The translations under genes were made by a program, and so were the position numbers. From an uncultured Candidatus Saccharibacteria bacterium (lineage in GTDB: Bacteria > Patescibacteriota > Minisyncoccia > Phycocordibacterales > UBA5272), in assembly GCA_964635125.1 (NCBI GenBank), contig CAZWMQ010000001.1, forward strand, positions 84,386 to 148,385: a stretch of DNA of 64,000 bases. Reading direction: 5' to 3'. The notes under the pieces were generated by a model. It ran no database searches and was not told the DNA's origin. It worked only from the letters and a program-made list of their open reading frames with translations. Positions 46,986 to 58,192 of the stretch are shown here, piece after piece (position 1 is the stretch's first letter; each line of letters begins with the position of its first letter).

Positions 46986-48101
46986 ATGAATAAAGAGGAT
47001 TACAGAAGAGAAAATTCTAAAAATGAAAATCTAGATAATAATATAAGCAGAAGAAGTTTCTTTAAGAAAGCTTCAGTCTTAGCAGCTGCTTTAGCTGTAG
47101 GTTATGGAGCTAAGAAGTTATTAAGTAGTCTTGAAGAAAACAAAGAAAAGGAACATGGCCTAGTGACTTTTTCAACTGGTAGTCTGGCTGGTATGAGATT
47201 AGATGGTTTATATAAATATTATTTAGGTATGAATAGCGAAATTGTTCCAAAGGAGATTAGTGTTGATTTTTCTAAACAATTAAATAAATTATGAGATATT
47301 AAAGATAGGAAATATAATACTTCTCAAGCCGTGGATACAGCCAGAAGAGAGCTTTTAAAAGACTATGATAAGAAGAGAACTTTTTTAAGTTTAAAAGAAT
47401 ATATTCAAAAAGCCGATAGAGTTGCAAATAATATTTATGAAAATTTAGATTGGGAAAAATATGGAAACAAAGCTAAATTAGATGAGATTAAAGTTAATCT
47501 CTTGAAGAAATTATCATCTAAGATTGGAGGAGAGGAATTATTAGCCTATGCTTTTACTGAATTATTACCAAGCGATAATGGTAAAATTAATGTTAAAGTA
47601 TTTGATTTGTTATTAGAAAATGCCGGAAGAGAATATATTGAATCAATACCAGCTATTTATGATAAATATGCTTCAATTGGCCCATTTCAAATGACTTCTT
47701 ATGCACTTTATGATATTCCTGGTGAAGAAAAGAGAGGGGCTAGCAAAGTCGCTCCTTATGTAAAAGATCTTGATTTTCCTAGTAATGTGATTAAACTTCG
47801 TGGTGATGATAATTTTGAAGCGGCTTATCTTTTCGCTGTTGATAATATTTCTTTTATTTTAAGAAAGTTAGATAAATCACAAGTTAATAAATTTAAAGAT
47901 TTATATGATTATAGTGGAGATGATTTGGTTCAATATATAGCTACTGCACACCATGCTCCAGCTAATGCTAGGGTTGCCTTTAAGCGGTTTATAGATAAAG
48001 GATGTAAGAAAGGTGAATTTTATAAATCTTGTAATAAAGCTTTAACTTTATATGCATTAAAAACTAAAAATAATTATAAAGCTATCAATGAAAAGGAATA
48101 A
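46986..48101 (+). CDS. Tat-signal (SRRSFFKKASVLAAALAVG) secreted hypothetical protein (371 aa; one UGA-Trp)
   Basis: Twin-arginine motif RRxFFK followed by a hydrophobic stretch; ORFs 46986 and 47331 in the same frame. Confidence 0.45.
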
Positions 48102-48142
48102 TTGACCTAATGTATATATTTATAGTATTATTTAGTTAATTT

Positions 48143-49897
48143 ATGTCGAAAGATACCAAGCCTAAGCCAGATTCCAAAAAGAAATCTGGTAATATTTTTG
48201 AAATTCTAAGAGAATATAAAAAATTTATATTATTTTTAATTCTTTTAGGAATTACTTCAAATGTTCTAACTTTAATTATCCCAAAATTAATCTCTAAGGG
48301 TATTGATAGTTATAATAATCACACTTTAATATTCAAAAGTTTGATTATAGAATTTGGGATGGTAATAATTGGTATTTTTATTTTTACTTTTTTCCAGACC
48401 ATAGTTCAGACTATTGTTTCAGAAAAGGTGGCTTATAATTTTCGGGAGAAATTAGCTAAAAAGATATCAAGACAAGACTATGAGTTTTTAAAAGTTGTAA
48501 ATCCAAATAAACTTTTAACTAATTTAACTTCAGATATAGATTCATTAAAAATGTTTGTTTCTCAAGCTATAGTCCAAAGTGTTTCCTCGATTGTAATTAT
48601 TATCGGAGCTAGTATTTTATTGATTAGTATTGATCTTAAATTAGGATTATTTGTTTTTTTAATGATACCAGTTATCATTATTGTTTTCATATTTATTTTT
48701 AAGAAAGCTAAAATGCTTTTTACTAAAATTAGAACAATTATTGATTGATTAAATAAAGTCATTTCGGAAAGTATCTTAGGTTCAGCTATCATTAGAGTTT
48801 TAAATATACAGGATTTGGAAATTAAAAAGTTTAGTGAAGCTAATACTGAAGCCAGAGATACTGGTATTAAGATAGTAAAGCTTTTTGCCATCATGATACC
48901 AAGTATAACTTTGATTGCTAACTTAGCCACACTCGCCGTTTTAGTTTTAGGTGGGCATTATGTAATAATTAAAGAATTAAGTATTGGTGATTTCACCGCT
49001 TTCTTATCATATATTATTATATTAATTTTCCCAATTTTGATTTTAGGATTTATTTCTAATATAATTGCTCAAGCTAGTGCATCTTACACGAGAATTAAAG
49101 AAATTTTAGATAAAAATGATATTAAAGACACTGGAAACTTAAATAGTGAAATTAATGGAGATATAAAGATTGAAAAGCTGTCTTTAAAATTTGAAGAAGA
49201 TGAGATCTTAAAAGATATTAATTTTAAAGTTTCTAAGTATAGTAAAACGGCTATTATTGGTCCGACAGCCGCAGGCAAAACACAACTATTATATGTTATG
49301 TCTGATCTAATTAAGAGAAGTGGAGGAGAAATATATTATGATAATAATTTGATAGAAAATTACGAAAAGAATCATTTTCATAAACAAGTCACCCTTGTTT
49401 TTCAGGATAGTGTAATATTTAATTTATCAATTCGTGAAAATATTGCTTTTGATAATTCAGTTTCTACTGAAGATTTATATAAAGCTATAAAGACAGCCGA
49501 ACTGGAGGATTTTATAGAATCTTTGCCAGAAGGTTTAGATACTATAATCGGAGAGAGGGGAGGGACTTTATCGGGAGGACAAAAGCAGAGAATAATGCTT
49601 GCTCGAGCACTGGCGATTAATCCAAAAGTTTTATTGTTAGATGATTTTACAGCTAGAGTCGATGAGCGAACTGAGAAGAAGATTTTAGCTAATTTAGAAA
49701 AGAACTATCCCAATCTTACTATTGTATCAGTGACTCAGAAAATTTCTTCAGTCGAGAAATATGACAATATAATTGTTTTAATGGAAGGGGAAATTATAGC
49801 CACAGGAACTCATCAAGAATTACTAAGCTCTTCTCCGGAATATAATCAGATTTATAATTCACAACGAAGCACTAATCATTATGAATTACAATCTTAA
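48143..49897 (+). CDS. ABC exporter, fused permease-ATPase (MsbA/MdlB-like), subunit 1 (584 aa; one UGA-Trp)
   Basis: 6-TM region then Walker A GPTAAGKT, signature LSGGQKQR, Walker B LLLDD. Confidence 0.8.
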
Positions 49898-51635
49898 TAC
49901 ACAAGAGCAAAACGAAAAGAAAAATACCTTGAGATCTTTCAAGAAGTTTTTCCCATTTTTGAGATCAGAAAAGAATAATTTAATTATTTCTTTAATTTTT
50001 ATTTTATTAAGTTCAAGCTTATCATTATTAGCTCCGATAATAATTGGTAAGACAGTAGATAAATACATTTCTCAAGGCGATTATCATGGAGTAATTTTAT
50101 TTGGGATTATGCTTTTAATAATTTATTTACTAAGTGTGTTTTTTTCTTATTTGCAAATTACGATAATGGGAAAAGTTGGTCAGAGATTATTATTCAATTT
50201 AAGAAATAGTGTATTTCTTAAATTACAATCCTTACCAATTAGTTTTTTTAACCAAAATAAAGCTGGGGATTTAATTTCCCGTATTAATAATGATACGGAT
50301 AAATTAAATCAATTCTTCTCTCAATCTCTAATGCAATTTATTGGAAGTATTTTTATGATTATTGGAGCGGGAGTATTTTTAATTTCTCTAAAACCAATCC
50401 TAGGAATTATCATTTTAATTCCAGCTATATTAATATTAATTTTCACTAAGATAATTTCTCCTTGAGTTGCTCGTAAAAATTTAATTAATTTAAATAAGAT
50501 TGGAAATCTTTCAGCAGAGATTCAAGAGAGCTTAGAGAATTTTAAAGTGATAATTTCATTTAATCGACGAGATTATTTTATCGAGAAATTTAAAAAAGTT
50601 AATCAAGAGACTTATCAAAGTGGTATCTGGTCAGCCATAGCTAACGGAAGTCTGACTCCAGTTTATACTATGTTTAGTAATTTAGCCAAACTTTTCGGGT
50701 TAGTTTTTGGAATATATTTAATTATTAAGGGATCTTTGACTATTGGAATATTGATAAGTTTTATAACTTATACGACTAATTTTTACAACCCTCTTCAACA
50801 GATTGCGGCGATTTGGACTAGTTTTCAATCTGCGATGGCCGGCTGGGAAAGGATTAACAAAGTTTTGATTTTAGAAAATAATTTATTATTAGTGAAAGAT
50901 AATAATATTAAAGACAATAGAAATATTTTAGAGTTAGAAGGAGTCAGTTTCTCTTATACTGAGGATAAGTTAGTTTTAAATAACATTTCTTTATCCTTAG
51001 AAATCGGTAGAACTTATGCTTTGGTCGGTCCAACTGGTGGTGGAAAGACAACCACCGCAAGCTTAATCGCTAGACTTTATGATGCTAAAGAGGGCAAGAT
51101 TTATTTAGATGGTAAAGATATACGATCTTATAGCGAAAATGAAAAGACTAATTTAATAGGATTTATTTTACAAGATGCATTTTTGTTTGAAGGATCATTT
51201 AAGGATAATATTTTATATGGAAATAATTTATATACTGATATAGCTGATGAAGAATTATTAAAAATTTTAAAAGAAAAAGGATTAATTGAGATTTTGCAGA
51301 GATTTAAAGATGGATTAGAGACTAAGATCGATAAGAATCAAAATCTTAGTCTTGGGCAGAAACAATTAATTGCTTTTGTTCGAGCTGTCTTGCGAGAGCC
51401 GAAGATATTAATTTTAGACGAAGCTACTGCCAATGTAGATACCATCACTGAACAATTATTAGAGAAAGCTTTAAATTGTCTACCAAAGACCACCACTAAG
51501 ATTATTATTGCTCATCGTCTTAATACGATTGAGAATGCTGATCAGATATTTTTCGTCAATAATGGAGAAATTGTAAATGCGGGAAATATGCAAGAGGCAA
51601 TTAATCTTATTTTACATCGAGATAGAAAGAGTTAA
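49881..51635 (+). CDS. ABC exporter, fused permease-ATPase, subunit 2 (584 aa; one UGA-Trp)
   Basis: Walker A GPTGGGKTT, signature LSLGQKQ, Walker B ILILDEAT; 17-nt overlap with subunit 1, suggesting a heterodimer. Confidence 0.8.
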
Positions 51636-51696
51636 TTTTCAAGATAAAAACTGGGTTATAAGCCCAGTTTTTAAATATTTAATTTTAAAAATTAAA

Positions 51697-52143
51697 TTAT
51701 TGATTAGTTGTTTCTTTACCAGTGAAGAGAGTTTGTCCATCATTAGAAATTGTAATCTCTCCTTGATGTTCTCAAAGTTGCATACCTTTATCAACTTCGG
51801 TGAATGAATTAGAGTATCTTGCCCCTGATCCAGACATGGCCTCCGGTAAAGTATAATCTTGACCAACTCAAGAGAAAGTTACAGTTGAAGTGGAAGTGGT
51901 AGAATTATTAAAGGCTATATTAACTGTGGTAGTTCCATCAGTTGCTGAAACATTTACTGTCTTATAAGCTTTAGTAGTTGAAGCAGTATTGTTTTCAGCT
52001 GGCTGATTAGTATTAGGTTTTTTAAGTAAAGCAATAATTGCAATGATTATTAAGATTATTATTACAATAATAGATCAAGTCGAGCCATCTCTTTTCTTAG
52101 GGCCCTCTTGATTATTATTGGTATTATTATTTTCATTATCCAT
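51697..52143 (-). CDS. MliC-family (membrane-bound lysozyme inhibitor of C-type lysozyme)-like protein, membrane-anchored (148 aa; 3 UGA-Trp)
   Basis: N-terminal TM, then the SGSGARY motif typical of MliC; not in the ORF track because of three TGAs. Confidence 0.45.
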
Positions 52144-52269
52144 ATTTGTATTTGATTAAGTTATTAAATTATTAATTTCGACGATTATGAACTCATTATA
52201 GCACTAATTAAAGAAACATAATATAATGTTTGTATAGTATTATCATAATATAGTTTTTTGAAATCCTTT

Positions 52270-52476
52270 TTTAAATTTTACGGAGAATGAGGGATTCGGT
52301 CACCAAATATATATTTTTATTTCATTTTTTCAAATTCATAAAAATATTATTTCTCGACCCCTGTATCAGAGCTTCACTCACTTCGTGAGTGGCTTCGCAA
52401 GCTCTTCAATTCGAATCCCGCACTCTCCGATAAAATAAATCACTCAGAATTTCATTCCGAGCTCATTATTTTATTG
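52270..52476 (-). ncRNA. Conserved structured element immediately 3' of tRNA-Ser (copy 2; paralog of 1640-1865), ending in a degenerate copy of the tRNA-Ser 3' end (ccgaatccctcattctcc)
   Basis: Shared 45-nt hairpin motif, nested hairpins, terminal tggtgacc; 19-nt imperfect repeat of the tRNA T-arm/acceptor. Confidence 0.4.
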
Positions 52477-52564
52477 CGGAGGATGAGGGATTCGAACCCT
52501 CGAACAGCTTTACACCGTTGCCACCTTTCCAAGGTGGTGCACTAGACCGCTATGCGAACCCTCC
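52477..52564 (-). tRNA. tRNA-Ser (anticodon GGA), type II with long variable arm
   Basis: Acceptor ggagggt/atcctcc+G, anticodon loop ttGGAaa, long variable arm, T-arm gagggttcgaatccctc. Confidence 0.8.
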
Positions 52565-52655
52565 ATTTTTATATCTTATCATTTTTATATCAATTATAAA
52601 ATTATTTTTATTTAATATAAAAATATTATATTAAAAGCATGTTATACTTTAAAGT

Positions 52656-54233
52656 ATGACGAATCAACCAAAGAAAGCAATTTCATTAGCAGAATTACGT
52701 AATGGAAAGAATAAACAAAAAAATACAAAACATTCTAATTCAGAGCTTGTATACAGTTCAAAAGAAGCCAAAAAACCAGTATTTCAGGATAAGAAATTTC
52801 AGAATTTTCAAGAATGGCAAAAGAAGAATTACGATCCAGAAATAGTTCAGATCACACAATTTAAAAAGAATAGAGAAGAGGAGAAGGAGAAACCTTTAAA
52901 AGAAAGAAGTTTAAAATTAATAGAAAAAATTTTTAAAATAAAAAGTAAAGAAAATTATTCTAAGAATTTTTTAGAAGTGGTTGAGCTTTTAAAAACTGAG
53001 CCAATTAAAGAAGTAATTGTTTCGGGAAGCTTTTCTAATAAGAATGAACCAAGTATTGATTTAGATACAAGAGGAGCACTTAATTTATTAAATAATTACA
53101 ATAGGAGAAATTATAAAGAAAATTATACCGACACTGCCAAAACTACAGTATTAGATCATGAGCAAATTACTAAATATTTAAAATCTCTTAAAAAGAAAGA
53201 TAAGGATAGCGAGGGAATAATAATCACAGTTGATGCTGGGGGCAATTGGTTAAGAGTTTTTAATGAGAGCAATAATAAAGAAACAATTGTTACTATTGAT
53301 CACCATGGGCATGGTGAAGGGCCAATTACTTCTGGAACTAGGATGACTTACAATCTAATGAAGCAGGCTGGGATATTGAAGGAAGAATATTGGATGAAGG
53401 ACTATGTAGAAGCTATTAATAGTGTTGATAATTTAGATTATATATATAGAAAAGATAGAGAAGGGAAATATACTTTCAATAAAGAATTCTTTGTTAATTC
53501 TTGAACTAGATCTTTAGCTGCTTTTGCTGAAAAAGAAATTTCATTTCAAGATTTAATAAAATTATTTAAAGAAGGAAAAATAAAAGACATATCTAGACCT
53601 TTAAATAATTATGAATTAAATGGTGAAATTGGTAATATTATTGTGAATATTAAAAATGGTAAAAATTATCAGAAAATGCCACTTCGTGAGGGTATTGAGA
53701 TTAAAAAAAGAGAGGCCTTTAACTCTTTAAGATCAGCTAAAGAAATTTTAAAATACAATAATCAATATAATAAATTAGTTGAGAGCGAAGATCTTGGTAA
53801 TATTCTTTATCAAAATTATCAATCTAAAAAGAAAATGGCTAATGGTCGAGAGATAATTAATAAGATTGATAATCAAATGGCTTTTAAAGTGTTGAAGGCA
53901 ATGGGAGGAAATACTTATATTGTTTGAAATCTTGAACATAATTATTTTTATATTAATTCAGATTATAAAGAGGCAGATCTGCAATTATTAGCCGAAGTAT
54001 TTAATTATATAGCTCCTGGTTCAGCAATCGAGGCCAGGGGTAGATTTATCTTTGGTAAAATCAAAAATTTAAATGAAGAAAGATTTTTAGATATAATTAA
54101 AAATTATAAAAATATAGCTAAAGATATTAATTTAAAAGAAGAAAAGAAGGTAGAAGACAAAGCCAAAGAAATTAAAAAGAATAAAAATACAATTAGTAAA
54201 AATAAATCTACAAAACCCAAAGAGTTAGCATAG
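52656..54233 (+). CDS. Hypothetical protein with a DHH-like motif (possible DHH-family phosphoesterase) (525 aa; 2 UGA-Trp)
   Basis: ORFs 52656 and 53643 in one frame, continuing to TAG at 54231; ITVDAGGN...IDHHGHGEG motif; weak. Confidence 0.3.
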
Positions 54234-54327
54234 GATACATTTTAAAATTGATATATAGATTAAGATTTTTAAAAATCTAAAAAATTTGATATTATATATT
54301 TATTATTTTAATAATTAAAATAATAAT

Positions 54328-54401
54328 GCTCCCATAGCTCAGTTGGTTAGAGCATACGGCTTATATCCGTAGGGTCCTTGGTTCGAGTCCAAGTGGGAGC
54401 A
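54328..54401 (+). tRNA. tRNA-Ile (anticodon UAU, reads AUA)
   Basis: Cloverleaf: acceptor gctccca/tgggagc+A, anticodon stem tacgg/ccgta, loop ctTATat, T-arm cttggttcgagtccaag. Confidence 0.75.
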
Positions 54402-54441
54402 CTTTGAGAATTTTTCTGAGTGAAGTAAAGATATTGTAGAT

Positions 54442-54478
54442 TTATACGTACGGTCCTTGGTTCGAGTCTAGATGTGTG
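54442..54478 (+). pseudogene. Partial tRNA 3'-half duplicate (T-arm region ggtccttggttcgagtc identical to tRNA-Ile(UAU); divergent acceptor)
   Basis: 17-nt exact repeat of the adjacent tRNA T-arm 40 nt downstream; cannot fold as a complete tRNA. Confidence 0.5.
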
Positions 54479-54511
54479 TAAGATTTTTCTTAGTGTGGAG
54501 ATTATTAAAAA

Positions 54512-55267
54512 TTAATGAGCGAGAGCGAAAGCCAAAATGCTTTCTTGATTTAATCCATAATTAATTAAAGTTTTACGAAGTTCGTAGAAAGTTGCTCCGG
54601 TCGTGGTGATATCATCAAAAAGTATGATGATTTTGCCTTTTAAAAATTCAGAATTATATTTTGGATTAATAGTAAAGACATTTTGAATTAATTTCAAACG
54701 GGATTCTTGATTTAAGGATTGATGAAATGGGATAGTGTGTTTATTTTTGATTATTAAATCAGTATAAACTTGAGATGAAAGATTTAAATTATAATTTTCG
54801 TAGATATTTATAATAATTTCATTTAATAATATTTCACTTTGATTATAATTTCTCTTAATTAATCGCTTTTTAGAAATTGGAATTGGAATTATTATAATTT
54901 TTTCTGTATTTTGATTTAGCTCCCTAATATTTTTATTTAGAAAATTATAAAAGTCTTCAAAGCTTACTTTGGCTAAATATTTAGCAATGTCTTTCACATA
55001 GTTGTATTTAAGAGAATATAAGGATTTCTTGACGGCATTATTTTGAAAAGGTAGAGAAGAAGAAATCCAAGTTATATTTTGTAAATACTCCGTATTTTTA
55101 TAATCTATTCTTTCTGAATAAGATAAATCTGGGACTTTATTTAAATATTTTAATTTAGACTTTTGAATATTTTCTAAGCAAACTTCACAGATTAGATTTC
55201 CACTTTTACCACAGTTGAGACATTCTTCAACAAATAGGGAATTTAGAAATTTTATTATACTTATCAT
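54512..55267 (-). CDS. comFC: ComF family competence protein (ComFC-like phosphoribosyltransferase)
   Basis: N-terminal CxxC..CxxC zinc finger; C-terminal PRTase motif ILFDDITTTGAT. Confidence 0.75.
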   Translation of the reverse strand: MISIIKFLNSLFVEECLNCGKSGNLICEVCLENIQKSKLKYLNKVPDLSYSERIDYKNTEYLQNITWISSSLPFQNNAVKKSLYSLKYNYVKDIAKYLAKVSFEDFYNFLNKNIRELNQNTEKIIIIPIPISKKRLIKRNYNQSEILLNEIIINIYENYNLNLSSQVYTDLIIKNKHTIPFHQSLNQESRLKLIQNVFTINPKYNSEFLKGKIIILFDDITTTGATFYELRKTLINYGLNQESILAFALAH

Positions 55268-55287
55268 GTTATAATTATAGTATAAAT

Positions 55288-56361
55288 ATGGCTTTATTTA
55301 GTAAAGATAAAAAAGAAGTGATTGAAAGTTGTGCTGGGGTTGATATCGGCTCTTATGCTATTAAAGTTTTACAAGTGAAGAAAGACACCAATCAGATTCA
55401 TCTTGAGACTTATGGTGAATTAGAATTAGCTGCTTATGACGCACTTCCCCCAGGGTCGATATCTAATATCGGTGAAGAAAAGACTATACAAGCGATGAAA
55501 GATCTATTATTAGCTAGTAAAATAACTGCGGAGAAATTTGTCTTTGCTATACCGATGCAAGAATGTTTTATAACTTCAATCACAATTCCAAGAGTATCCG
55601 ACAAAGAATTAGCTAGTATAATACCATTAGAAGCTAGAAAATATTTACCAATGCCGATTTCTGAAGTTAAATTAAATTATTGACGAACTAATCTTGGGGA
55701 TAAAGTTACCGATAGTAAGGATATAATTATGATCGCTGCCGTCAAAAATAATACTTTTGAAATGTACGAAAGATATGTTAAAAAATTAGGTATTAGAGAT
55801 TATTCTTTTGAGATCGAAAGTCTTTCTCAAGCTAGAGTAGTTCTCAATAATTTTACAAAAGAAAAATTTATCTTGACAGTTGATATAGGAGCGAAAAGTA
55901 GTTTTATTTCTTTTATTAAAAATGGTTATATACAAGAGACCAGGATTATACAAAAAGGTTCTTATGATAATACTTTTCAGATTTCTAAGATTTTAGGATT
56001 ATCAATTGATGTTGCTGAAGAAGCTAAAAGAATATTTGGATATTTAGGGGACGATTCTTCTCCGCATTTAGCCGAGGTTATGGGATTAGCAAGTTTTCCA
56101 CTATTTGATGAAATTAAGTCACATTTATTAAGATATGAGAGAAATTATAGTATAATAATAGAGAAGGTAGTTATAACTGGAGGCGGGGCTTTGGTTAAGG
56201 GAATACAAAAAATACTTTCAGAGTTTTTAGAAAAAGAAGTTGTTTTATTAAATGTATTTTCTCAATTAACTTTACCAGATAATATAAAAGAAGAATTAAG
56301 TAAAGGTAATCAAAATTATGCAATCGCTACCGGCTTAGCTTTAAAAAATTATTTTAAATAA
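55288..56361 (+). CDS. pilM: Type IV pilus assembly protein PilM (actin-like ATPase) (357 aa; one UGA-Trp)
   Basis: GVDIGSYAIKVLQ N-terminal motif, ITGGGA C-terminal motif; ORFs 55288 and 55729 in the same frame. Confidence 0.75.
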
Positions 56362-56365
56362 AATT

Positions 56366-57214
56366 ATGTTCGACAAACAAGCACAAGATCTTTTAAGTAA
56401 ATCTCAAGACAGCGGGGTATTTAATCAATTTGTTGCTCCAATTACTACTGACAACTTAAGAACAAAAAAAGACACTGTAAGAAGAGTTTTATTATTTATT
56501 TTTATAATAATTATTTTATTAGCAATCGGTTCAGTATTTCTAGTTAAATCTTTAGAGTCGACTATTAATTTTAAACAAGACCAACTTCAAGCTTATAATA
56601 ATTCCTCAAATGTAATTCAATTTGAAAAAAATCTCCCAGACATGCGAGATATTTCTCAGAAATTAAAATTATTAAACGATGTCTACACCTCCAAACAATA
56701 TATTTCTGGAATGTTTTTCCCAATTTTAGGGTCTTTGGTAGAGTCTTCTCGAATTAGTTATGTATATTTTAATAGAATAAGTCTTAAAAAAGATAATAAT
56801 ACTAATCTTATGAATATTTCTTTATCAGGTATTGCTCTTGATTATCCTACTTTATATAGACAAGTTAATAATTTTAAATTTGGAACTTACTCTAACTATA
56901 TTCATAATTTTAAATTACAAAGTTTCTCAATGTCTCAAGATATGAATGTTGAGTTTAGTATAGCTTTTGATATTGAGATAAATACTCCATCCTATTTAAA
57001 GTATATTAAATCAATAAGTGGGGTAGTTAGCTCATCAACATTTACAGGTTCCAATTCCCCAGGTCCTCTATATGATAATAAAAGTAATAATTTATCTAAT
57101 GCAAGTGTAATAGACTCATCCTCTTCTAATGAAGAGCAAAATATCAATTTCGTAGTCTCGTCTGGTAGTGAAAGTGGCCCTAATAATACCACTAACAACG
57201 AAACTTCAAATTAA
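56366..57214 (+). CDS. pilN: PilN-like pilus assembly protein (bitopic) with S/N-rich C-terminal tail
   Basis: Short cytoplasmic N-terminus, single TM, periplasmic domain; position after pilM. Confidence 0.5.
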   Translation: MFDKQAQDLLSKSQDSGVFNQFVAPITTDNLRTKKDTVRRVLLFIFIIIILLAIGSVFLVKSLESTINFKQDQLQAYNNSSNVIQFEKNLPDMRDISQKLKLLNDVYTSKQYISGMFFPILGSLVESSRISYVYFNRISLKKDNNTNLMNISLSGIALDYPTLYRQVNNFKFGTYSNYIHNFKLQSFSMSQDMNVEFSIAFDIEINTPSYLKYIKSISGVVSSSTFTGSNSPGPLYDNKSNNLSNASVIDSSSSNEEQNINFVVSSGSESGPNNTTNNETSN

Positions 57215-57230
57215 ATGTTAAAATAATTAT

Positions 57231-57827
57231 ATGCATAGTGATAAAGTTAAAAATAAATTCTACTACAACTTACTATTGATATTAGTTTCTTTTGGAATTA
57301 TTTATTTCTTTATCTATCCAATGTATTCTGGTACAGGACAAATCTATTCTCCAAAGAAAGGGATTAAGGATCTATTACAAGAAAAGAATGATTTAAATAA
57401 TGCTTTAGACATCGTTCAAGATTATGATATAAAATTAGGCGAAGCTAATAAATCTTATAGTCAAGCCTTAGGAGCTTTACCATTAGATGAATTAAATAAG
57501 ATTTTACCAACTAGTGCTGATCCAGTCTTAATAGCTTATGAAATTACAAAGATTGCCGGAAGGTCAGGATCAAATATGCTTTTATCTGGTTTATCAGTGA
57601 ATGAGGGACAGAGTAGTAATAAGAAATATAATACTATGACTATTAATTTTAGTACAGAAGGGTCTTATGATAATTTAAAGAATTTTTTACATGATTTAGA
57701 GACTTCCCAGAGAATATATAATGTTTCTTCTCTATCTTTCTCGTCCGAAAAAGATAGTATTAGTTCTTCAGTATATAAATATTCTCTCACCATTGAGACT
57801 TATTATTTATCCAAAAATGATAATTAA
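57231..57827 (+). CDS. pilO: PilO-like pilus assembly protein
   Basis: Single N-terminal TM, coiled-coil then ferredoxin-like domain pattern; gene order. Confidence 0.45.
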   Translation: MHSDKVKNKFYYNLLLILVSFGIIYFFIYPMYSGTGQIYSPKKGIKDLLQEKNDLNNALDIVQDYDIKLGEANKSYSQALGALPLDELNKILPTSADPVLIAYEITKIAGRSGSNMLLSGLSVNEGQSSNKKYNTMTINFSTEGSYDNLKNFLHDLETSQRIYNVSSLSFSSEKDSISSSVYKYSLTIETYYLSKNDN

Positions 57828-57836
57828 AATAAATAT

Positions 57837-58151
57837 ATGAATAATTTAACTAGAGCAAAAATAAATTCAAAAGCAAGTTGGTTTTTAACTATAATTGGGA
57901 TTGCTCTTTTAGCTTATTTTATTTACGAAGGTTTTTTTGCTTCTAAGAGCGTCGGATTAGATGCTGGGAATAATGTTTATGTTTCAGGAACTAAACAGGC
58001 CAAAGATTATGATATTTTTAATAAAGAAAATTTAAATTTTAACAATACAGGGAGTAATATTGATCAAAGTCTTTTAAACAATATACAAGATTTTTCAGTC
58101 ACAGTTGACCCAAGTAGTTATATTGGAAGAGATAATCCATTTATACCTTAA
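57837..58151 (+). CDS. Hypothetical bitopic protein in the pilus cluster (PilP-like?)
   Basis: 104 aa with one TM; context only. Confidence 0.3.
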   Translation: MNNLTRAKINSKASWFLTIIGIALLAYFIYEGFFASKSVGLDAGNNVYVSGTKQAKDYDIFNKENLNFNNTGSNIDQSLLNNIQDFSVTVDPSSYIGRDNPFIP

Positions 58152-58192
58152 TAGTTTAATATTTAATCTAAATTTAATGTTATAATTTAAAT

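Noticed and set aside
51577-51866. Track ORFs 51577..51807 (+) and 51639..51866 (-)
   Set aside because: Both overlap the better-supported MliC-like gene (51697-52143, minus; continuous under table 4 with a TM and the SGSGARY motif). The short ORFs are frame artefacts of ignoring UGA=Trp
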